The notes under the pieces are model-generated. The model saw nothing but the letters and a program-made list of their open reading frames with translations. It was not told the DNA's origin and did not search any database. A stretch of DNA of 57,115 nucleotides, filler included, from Streblomastix strix (taxonomy: Eukaryota), in NCBI GenBank assembly GCA_008636045.1. It is 2 parts of 2 records of this genome, joined end to end, with 100 filler letters (N's around TTAATTAATTAA, not from the genome) between each part and the next. Parts side by side here need not be neighbours in the genome. Positions count along the whole stretch, not along the records: positions 1 to 28,517 come from SNRW01000121.1; 1 more part is not named here. One strand, 5' to 3'. The translations under genes and the position numbers were made by a program. This document shows positions 1 to 15,700 of the stretch, one piece after another (the first letter of the stretch is position 1; every line of letters begins with the position of its first letter).

Positions 1-106
1 TCAAACCCCGATTGTTCATCTCAACAATTTTCAATCTTCCTTCACTTGCCCATCCTTCAGCTGTAATTGCTGGATGAAATGTAGCATTCTCATCTTCTTC
101 TGACAT
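1..106 (-). CDS. Possible 5' fragment of a hypothetical protein running off the window
   Basis: ATG at 106 opens MSEEDENATFHPAITAEGWASEGRLKIVEMNNRGL with no TGA to the edge; it starts 2 nt after the U1-C stop. No family recognised. Confidence 0.3.
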   Translation of the reverse strand, partial: MSEEDENATFHPAITAEGWASEGRLKIVEMNNRGL

Positions 107-108
107 AT

Positions 109-891
109 TCATTCTTATTTAATTATACTATTTCCATCTTCTTTCAATTCTGATTAACGGGTTTAATATTCAATAGGTTGTCCTTATGCTGGATTGGGAA
201 GAATTTGTTTAAAATTTTATCCAGGACCTTCTTGAAGATATTGTATTCCTGGAGCCTGTATCATTTAACGAGGAATCTATCCCCCTTTTGATGCTTACAT
301 AGCTGCAGCATGAGCTGCAAACTAAGCAGCAATATGAGGAGGAATTTGCCCACTTGCTGGTCCGCGCCACATCATTCCTGGAGGTGGGGCCATTTATGAA
401 TTAATAGGTCCTTATCCAGGTTGCATCATTCCAGAAGATGAAAAGCCAGAAGGAATCATTCCACCAAATTACGCGTTGATTGGCATTGGTTAAAAAGCTG
501 GCCCACCTGGTGCCCCACGCATCCCCATAAAGTTTGGAGCACCAAACATAGGCTGGCTCATAGATATACTTTACTGTCCCATCATTCCACCGACATATGG
601 AATTCCCTGTCCTAAGAAATCAATAAAATAAAATAATTTTAAAAAATTATGTTTATCTCAACGAAAAATTGGCAATACCATAATTTGTTTTTGGAACAAA
701 TTATTAATAATATGATTAAACTTACATCTTATGTTTCCACCCAATGTTGTGTGACCGGCGCGCGTGGACTGCAAAATCAACGAAATGTCATATTTATATA
801 TGTTTATGATATTAAATAGCAATAACAAATAATGAATACTGGAATCGTGGGTCAGAAAAACATCGCAGTAATCGCAGTAATATCGAGGCAT
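109..891 (-). CDS. SNRPC: U1 snRNP protein C (zf-U1 plus Pro/Gly/Met-rich tail), 3 exons
   Basis: Exons 891-840, 768-679 and 611-109 (GT-AG introns, 645 nt in frame) give [41 protein letters not shown]..., the U1-C zinc finger. Needs TAA=Gln; TGA at 111-109. Confidence 0.93.
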
Positions 892-2336
<1,445 letters not shown>

Positions 2337-3695
2337 TACTAAGATTAAGATATAAAACAGATTCAATTCAGGAAGTGCACACTTAAGAAACAAAGTTTTC
2401 TTTTGGTTGATGCATTCCATTTTTATTTTATTGTTTTGTGATTGCTTTTTGATTAACTTCCTAAAAATAATAAAATAAAATGCAATCAATAAAACCTTTG
2501 ATTTATTCTATTTTGATGTTAATTCATTAAATCTATACTAGAATCTCATCAAAATTGTTCATTAGATATTTTTTCTTGGAGAAAATATATTGACTTGCTT
2601 TCTGGTACATCTCTTCTCATTTCATCAACAAAATTCATTTAAATTAATAATTGCAATTAATATGAACAAAGAAATGAATAATTCACATAAGATCCTGAAT
2701 ATAATCTTTAGTAATTGAATAATGCAAATTAAATTAAATAATCATCGTCTTAATTAATTCATCTTTATCCACTTCTTACTTAAAATATATTATTTTCAAA
2801 TTCAAATATATTATAGAATTATTTAGATTAACTCTTTTCATAACTAATAATTGATGATAATGAAATTATTAATATTATGAAAAGCGTAACATTATAATAA
2901 ACAGATAATGTTAATGTTTCTGTTGCAGTAATAGTTGCTCTATTTCTAAAACGGTTTGTTTTGTGCTTAAATAATTAGAATGAAGATGAAGGAAAAACAG
3001 AAAAAGAATTAAAGGTTTAGATTTATATTCAACAATTAAATAAACGGTCAGACTAACTATTAAGTGTTTATTTCAACAATAATGGTGAATAAACAATTCA
3101 ATGAAAATGAAATTACAACATTTATGTAAACAAATAAATAATAATAAAGATTTGATAGTTTGAAATGTGCTTTTTATTTCTTATATTAATTAAAATATAA
3201 ATTTTTTATAATTATCATTGAAATGAACATCTTTAAACTTGCAATTGTACTATGTGTTTAATTAAATCATTCTTTGTCACATATATTATATCTCTTAAAA
3301 TCCTTATTATATTCATGTTTCACTGTCTGTGTTGAAATTAGTACTATCATCATCTTTTCAAAATTTATATTACTATAAATCTATATTTTATTTTAATTTA
3401 TTAATTCTTTCTTATACTTTGAACATCTTTCCTCTTAAAACTGTCTATTTCTCCAAGAAAAAATATCTAATGAACAATTTTGATGAGATTCTAGTATAGA
3501 TTTAATGAATTAACATCAAAATAGAATAAATCAAAGGTTTTATTGATTGCATTTTATTTTATTATTTTTAGGAAGTTAATCAAAAAGCAATCACAAAACA
3601 ATAAAATAAAAATGGAATGCATCAACCAAAAGAAAACTTTGTTTCTTAAGTGTGCACTTCCTGAATTGAATCTGTTTTATATCTTAATCTTAGTA

Positions 3696-5063
<1,368 letters not shown>

Positions 5064-5701
5064 TCAAATTCAAGCTTAACTGCTCGCCGCACATTTTGAA
5101 CCCCGCCCGATCTGGCGCGAAATCTGTTCTATGGTGCCCGAGAACCAAATTATTTCGCTTTTAAAATCGCATTTCTGATATATATTATTCTATTATATAT
5201 TTAATTTTTATTTTATTTTGAATACTCTATTTGTATATCATCAAGTAATTAGCATAATAATTTTTTAACTTTATCCTCATCTTCATATCTGTTCTTAAAA
5301 CAATTTATTTACTTATCCAATTTATTCTATTCGAATATTTTTATCTATATCATTTAACATATTACTCTAATCGATTTTCATCAAATTCTCGAAAAAACAC
5401 ATTTTTCTCCTGTTTGAAAACTTAAAACATTTAATGAATAATTTAATTTAAAAGAATATTTTCTCTTCAAATAATTAAAACCTATTAATATACTTTTTTA
5501 TCTACAGAAAATTAAAGATATACCTAGAATAATTTTTTTAATCTAAATTTTTCCTTAACTCATAGACTTATATTTATAGAATTATTTATTTATATATACT
5601 AAATAATAAAAGCTGATTATATTTTATTTTTATAATAATAACACCAAATACATAGGTATAGAAATATCTTAAATCATCATTTTTTATCTCGTATATTTAG
5701 A

Positions 5702-6678
5702 ATGCTTATAATTGGTTTAAGTGGTGGCATTGCAAGTGGAAAAAGCACAGTATCCAACTTTTTATGCAAGAATATACCAATTTTAGATGCGGATTCAATA
5801 GTAGCATAAGTTTGATTTTGATTTATCATAACATCAATTAAAATGTTTTTCATTTTAGATCTATTAACCAGGAAAAGAAGGCCACTAAAGGGTTGTAGCT
5901 CTTTTTGGAAAAGAAATTCTATGTGATGATTAATAAATTGGTTTGCGCACTTCCTTTTTTATTTTTTTAACAAATCTTTTTCAGATAGAAAAAAACTTGG
6001 AAACTTAATTTTTAATGATTCTGTAAAAAGAGAATCATTAAACAAAGCTATTCACAGGTTTTAACTTTTCTTTCTTTTTATAATTCTTCAATCAAATTTT
6101 TGTTTTTATTTTATCATTTAGTATTGTATTTAAATAGATGATCAAATAATGCTTATAATTATATCTAAGATGTACTAAAATTGTAATTTTAGATATTCCT
6201 CTACTTTTTGAAGGTCCATCAATTGGAAGAGCTATTGTAGGTTTATGAAAGATTTTATTTGTTCATATTACAGCATAATTTTACTCTTTTTCGTTATGAT
6301 ATATCGTAGGTAAGACAATTTGTGTTTATGTGAATGAAGATATTTAAAAAGAAAGACTTATGAAACGCAATAACCTCAATGAATATGATGCTTGTAGTAG
6401 AATGTATGATAATTATTTTAAATTTTATTCGACTGAAAACACTTAATTTGATAAGAAACGCATAGATGCCAATAGAAAAAAAGAAAAAACTAGCTGATAT
6501 TATAATTGACAACAGTGGGAATATAGATGAAACAAAGAATAATGTGGAAAATATTATCATTGACCTTAACAAGGCTCTTACAGTGCGATTTCCAATAATA
6601 CCACCACTTTGGATAGCATTGCTTATGTGCATCCTACTTATTATAGTTTTTATCCCATTATTTTGTATTTTGCATTGA
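5702..6678 (+). CDS. coaE: Dephospho-CoA kinase (CoaE/DCAKD-like) with hydrophobic C-terminal tail, 6 exons
   Basis: Exons 5702-5809, 5859-5940, 5985-6057, 6122-6240, 6310-6403 and 6456-6678 (699 nt). Motifs IGLSGGIASGKST, DADSI, IDRKKLG..IF, DIPLLFE, Q..RL..R, RINAQMP. Confidence 0.93.
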
Positions 6679-6771
6679 AAGAAAAATGGATTAAACTGCA
6701 TCAATTATTATTAAATCAATTAATAAAAAAATATTTACTAAATTTTCAATATTATTGAATATTAACTTTAT

Positions 6772-9700
6772 TCATTCAACATAATCACTTGAATCACTTG
6801 TTAATACGGAGTATCTCTTATTTCTTCTTTTTGTTTTTATTTTCCCTTTTTTCTTACTGACTGATTATTCTCGAACAGGTTTGAAACCAGTAGGTTAAAC
6901 TAAAATTCGCTCTTAATTTCCCATTAATGCATGAATTTCGTTAAGTAGAATGTTGAGATGATCATAACTGACAATAAAACATTCACCTTCTGAGCAATCA
7001 CAATCAAATATATTTCTAATATTTGTGCTTTTTGATTGTTTCATAAACTGATAAGTCTTTTCTACATTATCACTTCCACCCCATTATTCAAGTGTTTAAA
7101 TTCCATTTGGGATATGCAATTCTAATCCTCGAACAGAATTCCAGAATTTATGTCCACTATTAATACCTTTAGAACTCTTAGTAGAAACATTAGAAATAAC
7201 TTTGGAAGAATCATCAGTAGGCAGTGAATAAAAATTGCACATAGCAGTGCGTAACATTAATAGTGCTCGCAGCACGCAAAGACGATGTGCAGCTCTACTT
7301 GTAACAAATAATGTCTCTGGATCGTAAAGAACTGACAATTTAATCTGTTCCTAAGTATTAAAAGATGAATTATTTTGTTATTATGGAGTAGGAATTAATG
7401 GACTATTATGATGAGAAGTGTGATGTGAAGATGGTGATATTGACCTTCGATTCTTTGATGAGCTTTCGTGTAATAATTCGTCTTCATCATCATCATCATT
7501 TCCCTTAAATTATTTAATAATATTTGATGCATCTTCTATAGCGTTAGCAATGAGTTTAAAAATAGTTCTGTTAATTTCATGAAATACCCATAAAGCATCG
7601 GTCTCACAACGCAGAGGCAATGAAGCTATTACTTGTATTAAGTATATATTTAATCTCAAACTACGATCCAAAGGTGCACATGAATCATGAATCGCATTTA
7701 AATTGTTAGAGTATTATGATGATTATTAAATGTTGGATATAGGTTGATCGATAGATGATTATTTTATTTTCTCCATGGATTCAAAATCAACCGAAACTTT
7801 TGGAAATTAATTTTTGAGTAATTAAATTCTTTCCATCAAATTATACTCACGAACCACACTATCTCGCAATCCACTAACAAACTGTGCTAAAACCCAATTA
7901 TTCATTACAAGAGACTAAGTATTAATTTGAGATGTGTCTTGAGTTTGATTTTGAATATTTTCTTACTACTGTTTATTTCCCTTTCCTTTCTTCGAATTAG
8001 AAACTGATGAAGTGTGAGGTGGTGGCACAAGTTATTTCTAAAGATGACTGAAAAGTTGTCCATATATTGAAAGATTGCCAGAAGAATGGACATTTTAACG
8101 ATAAATAATTGGTTGAAGTGTTACTGAGGCAAGTACAAGAGCATTACTCAATGTAGCTATTATAGCATGAGCTGGTGTTGGATAAGAAGGTTTATTTCGT
8201 TATGATTATTAAGATGATGGAGAATTAGAGAGATATCGAGATGGAGATTAATGTGGTGTTAATGTTGAGGATGTTGGTGAGGGCGAAATAGAACGAGTTT
8301 GAATAGATTATGGAGATATATCTATAGAATTACTTGAAGAATTTCTTTTTGAAGATTATTAAAGATTTTCATCTGAACCCTTTTAAGATTTTAATCCCTT
8401 AATTGTCCTCTGGACTTTTAGTATTTGAGATGTAACATTTGCATCAGTTGAGGAAAGAGCTTATTGTATGATCCCCACCGAAATAACGGCTCGAGCATTT
8501 AGTTGAAATGAAAAACTTGCTACAACACCACTGATGATCTTAGATATTGATAGCCATGTACTTATTACATGTTTTTAAAGAGGATCAGATGAAATTGTAA
8601 CTTATGATTATCGATTCCCACCAATTAACTCTTCTTCTTTAACAATTTCTTCGCTTACTCTGTTATCAACATTTTCATCATCATTTCCAGATTAAATTTT
8701 ATCATTATTTGCAATTTCATTATTATCCACTGAAATTGTATTATTATTTTTCTTTTTAGAATTTCTTTATTTTTTCCTTTTATTTATCCAAGTTCCAACC
8801 CCACCAAGTCCTGAACTATTCCCAGTTCCTTTATGAACATTCTTTGGTTACTTACCATTTCCTCCATATCTCTAAAGTATTGAAATGAAGATATTAAAGG
8901 CTGAATCAGCATTTGGAGGATAAGGATCACTTAGTGAACAAACAATGGATGAAATAACTTGATGAGGATGCAATATTCCTTATTTAATGCCAATTGCAAT
9001 TAGCGATAGGGCTTGTTATCGAGTATATGCCAAAGATGCTGATATAGTTCCTTATATAAATTGGGACTAAAATGAATATTAATTATTGGATGAAAATAGT
9101 CTTGGTGGAGGAGTGAGCATTTCTTATATAGTGATAAAAGATGGGAAAGGAGCTGCAAGTGAACATTGAAGAATAGATTCGTGATGCAATTAAAGAAGAA
9201 GTGTTGACAGAGTTGTTTCTGCATGTCTAAGTGCTATATTATTAATAATGCTATTTTCCGTTTCTTTTTTGATGTCATTCTGCTTGTCTTTATTAATAAA
9301 CCCATTTCGAAGTGGAAGGGGATTTGTATCATCCTCAGAATAATTTTCAATTATTTTATTTTATTTTATTTTTGATTAATGTAATATTGCATCATTTACT
9401 GAAACATCCTTTTACATGGTATTATTTATTGTCTTCCGAGTTTTCTCTCTTTTTACTGAATCATTTGATTCTGAAGAAGAACTATCATAAGATGAAGATG
9501 AAGATAATAAAGATTAAGATTAGCTTAATGTAGAATGTGATGCAGTTTGTGATGATTCTGTAGAATCTTCAGAGCTCTCACTTTAATTGGACTTAGAAAC
9601 AATAGCATAATTGTTGTCTTCATCAATCTTTATTCTTTTTGATCCTTTATCTTTTGATGAATTTAAAATATTGCTTTTATTATCATGTTTTGTTTATTCT

Positions 9701-12700
9701 AATGTTCTTTGTCTCTTTACACTTTTATTTTAGAAAGGGATATTTAATTATTTATTTTCATCATCATCATTCTAGTTTTTACTAATATTCTTTTTATTTT
9801 TATTCTTTTAATTATTGTTTATATCTTTCTATTATCCATTAATATTTTATTGCTTAATTCTTATCCTTTCACTTTTTTAATTGAAAGATGTAAGAAGTTA
9901 TTATCGTGTTATTCTTTCTTCTTCGGTACTAAATACTGTTACAAGGGCGTGTAATTGAGCTCCTCGAACTTCTTCTGTAGCACCCATTGTTTATGGATTT
10001 AGAATTTGTGCTTCGTTCTCTATTTACAATCCTCCAAGCTTCTATCTAAAAGAAGGTATTTATGGAATGTAAGGAAGTTATGAATGTGCAGATAAAGACT
10101 TCGATGTTTGAGATATAGTAAAAATGACATTTGTACCTTCATTGAAAGGCATTAATTCTTGCCTGGATTCAGAAATTTGGCATTATTCTTCAAGTAGACT
10201 CAATAATTTTTTTAATTTTTATTATTCGTACTCGAGTGCTTATTGGGCAATTACCTAGAATCTGGTTATGTAAGATGACTATTATTGTGTATTCTAATAC
10301 AACCACGCCGATATTTGATTGTTCCAAACACATTATTACGTATTGTTTGATTGCTTTATAGATAATCTCAATATATCCTTTTAGTTTCTAGAATCATCAA
10401 TCTATCTGCTTTATTGACTTATAATATCTTCCTTAAAAGTTTTATTTTCTTTTTCTATCTATTTATCATTAGTAATCTATTTATACTCATCATTATTAGT
10501 TAATGTACTCCCACCCCATTCTTCGGGGCTATATCTCTTGCTAATAAATTCAGGATGTTTAGAAAGAATGTTCCCAGTACAATCAACTGCTGTGGCTGCA
10601 ATGAACTTATCACGGAATGAAGAAAAGAAGGCGCAAAGCCTAAAGCATTTGAGCCCAATCAATCCTTGTTATAGATCAAGATATTTAGCCATAGATAATG
10701 AAGATAAATTAGGAGATTATAATCTAAGAAATGGGATTGGAGAAATTGGAGATGATATAATTGGAGATAATGAAGATGATATTGGAGAGGATATTGGAGT
10801 AAATTATTAGTATGAGAATCTATTCTCATATTTCCACGAGTCAGAAATAAGCTACTCTTCACTAATCTCTGCATCTAAATCAATATATCGCAATGTAAGT
10901 GAGATTATTTATAATGCACGTATTATATCTAATTGTTATTGAGCTTGAGGGATTCGTGTTTATTCACTGAAAGGAAGAACAAATTGGTTGAATCTAAGAG
11001 AAGGAAGTAGTGGAGCTGGTGAAAACTATAGTGATTATAATTGTGGATTTGGATATTTAAGTGGCTGAGGAAGCACATTAACAATCACACTAGTTTAAAA
11101 TTGAGCTTGAGTCCATGGTGTGATAAGTCCAATATTATGAGAAGATACAGAACGAGAATCATTATTAAAATTAAGACTAATTGAAACTGGAGATTTAATT
11201 TTGTCTGTTGGTGAAGCTGGTGAAAATGGAGAAGAAAGAGCTGATTGAAATAATGAACTGGTATCAATAAATTTCCCTTACTATTAATTATTGTCAATAT
11301 TTCCAATTGATTTTTCCAATTTTATAATCGAATAACATTTAATAATTTCTGGGTCATGAAACAATTTAGGATCCGATTAAAAATTTAGGAAAATAGAATC
11401 TCGAAGAGTTTGCGTTTTTTGAAGAATGAGAAGAGCACGAATAACGACTCGAAGTATCACAGAGAAGTGGCGAGTATATAAAGTGACAATAGAACATATA
11501 GTCTTAATGCATTCTTCAAGAAGAAGTTGTGTTTGTGGAGTATAGCCTAAAGTGAGTTTTATAGGTTATGATTATGCGATTTGCAACAGATTGTCCTTAT
11601 TTTCTTTCTGTCCCTATTTCATATTATCTAAAGAAAATGGAGAAGTAAAGTCAATTATATTACAAAGAATAAGTTCTGTTCGCACAGCTTGTTCTTAAGT
11701 AAGAAGGTGTCTTTATTCTAATGGTTATATTGATATTATATTGGAATTTTTACTAAATTTATTCAATGCAAAATCATGCAATGATTAAGCTTGTTTTTTA
11801 TCTTTAATATTTATATCTTTAATCTTTAAACTATTTTCTCTTAGAAATTCTCTTTATTCGCGTAATTAGGATCTTAAATTTGCCTACAGTCGTATAATCT
11901 CTTCACCTTCAATTTGCCCATCTTCAACAATAATGTTAATTATATGAACAATTTCACGAAGCACAGCAACTTGATTGTCATTAGCGTGATTTAGAAGAGG
12001 AGATAATAATTTACCATTTAATTGTTATTATGATGAATATGTTTGTGGTAGACGTAAACTTGAAAGAAAAATTCGATAGTATGGAATGAATAATGAAGGT
12101 TCAGCTTGTGCTATTATTCCAATTACTTTCAAAATATTAATTTATTCTTTTGATGATTATTAAGATAATAAAAAATTTTATTGAGAAGGTTCTTATTAAC
12201 TTTCAACTCTATCATTGACTTCAGAAAGTTTATCTATAAGACATTTACAAATCTATTATAATTTATCAGTATTTTATAAGTATTTATTATCGTTGGAAAA
12301 ATTTGAACGAAATAATCGTACAAACCAATCTCTTAACGATGAATTACGATTAAGACTAATATTTACATCAATTATAAGTCTGTTTATCTTTTAAGAAATA
12401 GTACATTCATCTTATTCCTCATCATAAATCCAAAGACTTTTACAAATGTTTGTTATATCCTTTGAGATTGATTTATCACTATCTTAAGCCCTATCAATAA
12501 TGGCTGTAATTGATTATTCAAGTACTTTTTCAAGTATTTGTTAACATGTATTCAGAGAATTTTGATCGTTATTAGACTTTATTGCTTATTAGATAATTAT
12601 GGACAGTGGAGCTTATTAAAGAACAAACCATGCTAAGTGGCTTACAGCTTTCTTTCTGACTGCCGTAGATTTGTCAACAGTTCTTGAAATAATTCCTTAA

Positions 12701-15700
12701 AGTTCCCAGCAAAGATTGCCATTATTTTATTAAATATATTAATTTTCATTATTTAAAGTACTATTTGATGTAGAAGAAATTGCTGATATTGATACGTAAG
12801 ATTATTGTGTGAAGCTTTAAATTGTTTTCAATAATACCTCTATTAAAAATGGATTTTTCAAATTTAATAATTCTTCTTTACTCAGTATGTTTATCTTTTT
12901 GCATTTTATCAATAATGATTGTTTAGCAATGTCAATAGCACTCTCACGAACACGAGCAGAGATATCTAAGATGTGTGTCATAACAAGCTATTCGAGTTAG
13001 GATTGCAGACTCCCCATTTTCTATTTAGCTACTCCAACTTATTTGTTTTTCATATCAAACTCGCTCTCACTCTCACTATCAATATTCATATCTAATCCGT
13101 CTTCATCATTACTAAATAATAAATTTTCATCATTATTTAAGAGAATTTCTGTTAAAGAGTTTTCATTTTCTTTAATATTTTATGTTAAATCTTATTATTT
13201 CGTTGGTCTCTGAATGTTTTCTGTTGAAGTAGATGATACCATATCACTAAGTGCGCGTATAGCTTGTGCTCTAACATTCACCTATGCATCTGAAGCACAA
13301 ATTGAAATACATCCAAATGCAATTTGACGAACTTGTTGAGCTAAGAATCGGAAGCTGAATGTTGCAGCAAAAAATCGTGAAAGTGGAGAATTGAATGAAT
13401 ATTTTACAAGATAAAAAACAAGCTTAATCATTGCATGATTTTGCATTGAATAAATTTAGTAAAAATTCCAATATAATATCAATATATCGCAATGTAAGTG
13501 AGATTATTTATAATGCACGTATTATATCTAATTGTTATTGAGCTTGAGGGATTCGTGTTTATTCACTGAAAGGAAGAACAAATTGGTTGAATCTAAGAGA
13601 AGGAAGTAGTGGAGCTGGTGAAAACTATAGTGATTATAATTGTGGATTTGGATATTTAAGTGGCTGAGGAAGCACATTAACAATCACACTAGTTTAAAAT
13701 TGAGCTTGAGTCCATGGTGTGATAAGTCCAATATTATGAGAAGATACAGAACGAGAATCATTATTAAAATTAAGACTAATTGAAACTGGAGATTTAATTT
13801 TGTCTGTTGGTGAAGCTGGTGAAAATGGAGAAGAAAGAGCTGATTGAAATAATGAACTGGTATCAATAAATTTCCCTTACTATTAATTATTGTCAATATT
13901 TCCAATTGATTTTTCCAATTTTATAATCGAATAACATTTAATAATTTCTGGGTCATGAAACAATTTAGGATCCGATTAAAAATTTAGGAAAATAGAATCT
14001 CGAAGAGTTTGCGTTTTTTGAAGAATGAGAAGAGCACGAATAACGACTCGAAGTATCACAGAGAAGTGGCGAGTATATAAAGTGACAATAGAACATATAG
14101 TCTTAATGCATTCTTCAAGAAGAAGTTGTGTTTGTGGAGTATAGCCTAAAGTGAGTTTTATAGGTTATGATTATGCGATTTGCAACAGATTGTCCTTATT
14201 TTCTTTCTGTCCCTATTTCATATTATCTAAAGAAAATGGAGAAGTAAAGTCAATTATATTACAAAGAATAAGTTCTGTTCGCACAGCTTGTTCTTAAGTA
14301 AGAAGGTGTCTTTATTCTAATGGTTATATTGATATTATATTGGAATTTTTACTAAATTTATTCAATGCAAAATCATGCAATGATTAAGCTTGTTTTTTAT
14401 CTTTAATATTTATATCTTTAATCTTTAAACTATTTTCTCTTAGAAATTCTCTTTATTCGCGTAATTAGGATCTTAAATTTGCCTACAGTCGTATAATCTC
14501 TTCACCTTCAATTTGCCCATCTTCAACAATAATGTTAATTATATGAACAATTTCACGAAGCACAGCAACTTGATTGTCATTAGCGTGATTTAGAAGAGGA
14601 GATAATAATTTACCATTTAATTGTTATTATGATGAATATGTTTGTGGTAGACGTAAACTTGAAAGAAAAATTCGATAGTATGGAATGAATAATGAAGGTT
14701 CAGCTTGTGCTATTATTCCAATTACTTTCAAAATATTAATTTATTCTTTTGATGATTATTAAGATAATAAAAAATTTTATTGAGAAGGTTCTTATTAACT
14801 TTCAACTCTATCATTGACTTCAGAAAGTTTATCTATAAGACATTTACAAATCTATTATAATTTATCAGTATTTTATAAGTATTTATTATCGTTGGAAAAA
14901 TTTGAACGAAATAATCGTACAAACCAATCTCTTAACGATGAATTACGATTAAGACTAATATTTACATCAATTATAAGTCTGTTTATCTTTTAAGAAATAG
15001 TACATTCATCTTATTCCTCATCATAAATCCAAAGACTTTTACAAATGTTTGTTATATCCTTTGAGATTGATTTATCACTATCTTAAGCCCTATCAATAAT
15101 GGCTGTAATTGATTATTCAAGTACTTTTTCAAGTATTTGTTAACATGTATTCAGAGAATTTTGATCGTTATTAGACTTTATTGCTTATTAGATAATTATG
15201 GACAGTGGAGCTTATTAAAGAACAAACCATGCTAAGTGGCTTACAGCTTTCTTTCTGACTGCCGTAGATTTGTCAACAGTTCTTGAAATAATTCCTTAAA
15301 GTTCCCAGCAAAGATTGCCATTATTTTATTAAATATATTAATTTTCATTATTTAAAGTACTATTTGATGTAGAAGAAATTGCTGATATTGATACGTAAGA
15401 TTATTGTGTGAAGCTTTAAATTGTTTTCAATAATACCTCTATTAAAAATGGATTTTTCAAATTTAATAATTCTTCTTTACTCAGTATGTTTATCTTTTTG
15501 CATTTTATCAATAATGATTGTTTAGCAATGTCAATAGCACTCTCACGAACACGAGCAGAGATATCTAAGATGTGTGTCATAACAAGCTATTCGAGTTAGG
15601 ATTGCAGACTCCCCATTTTCTATTTAGCTACTCCAACTTATTTGTTTTTCATATCAAACTCGCTCTCACTCTCACTATCAATATTCATATCTAATCCGTC

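Noticed and set aside
2555..2790. Coding-looking minus-strand fragments in the tubulin spacer (MNFVDEMRRDVPESKS...)
   Set aside because: No consistent exon structure or recognisable homology.
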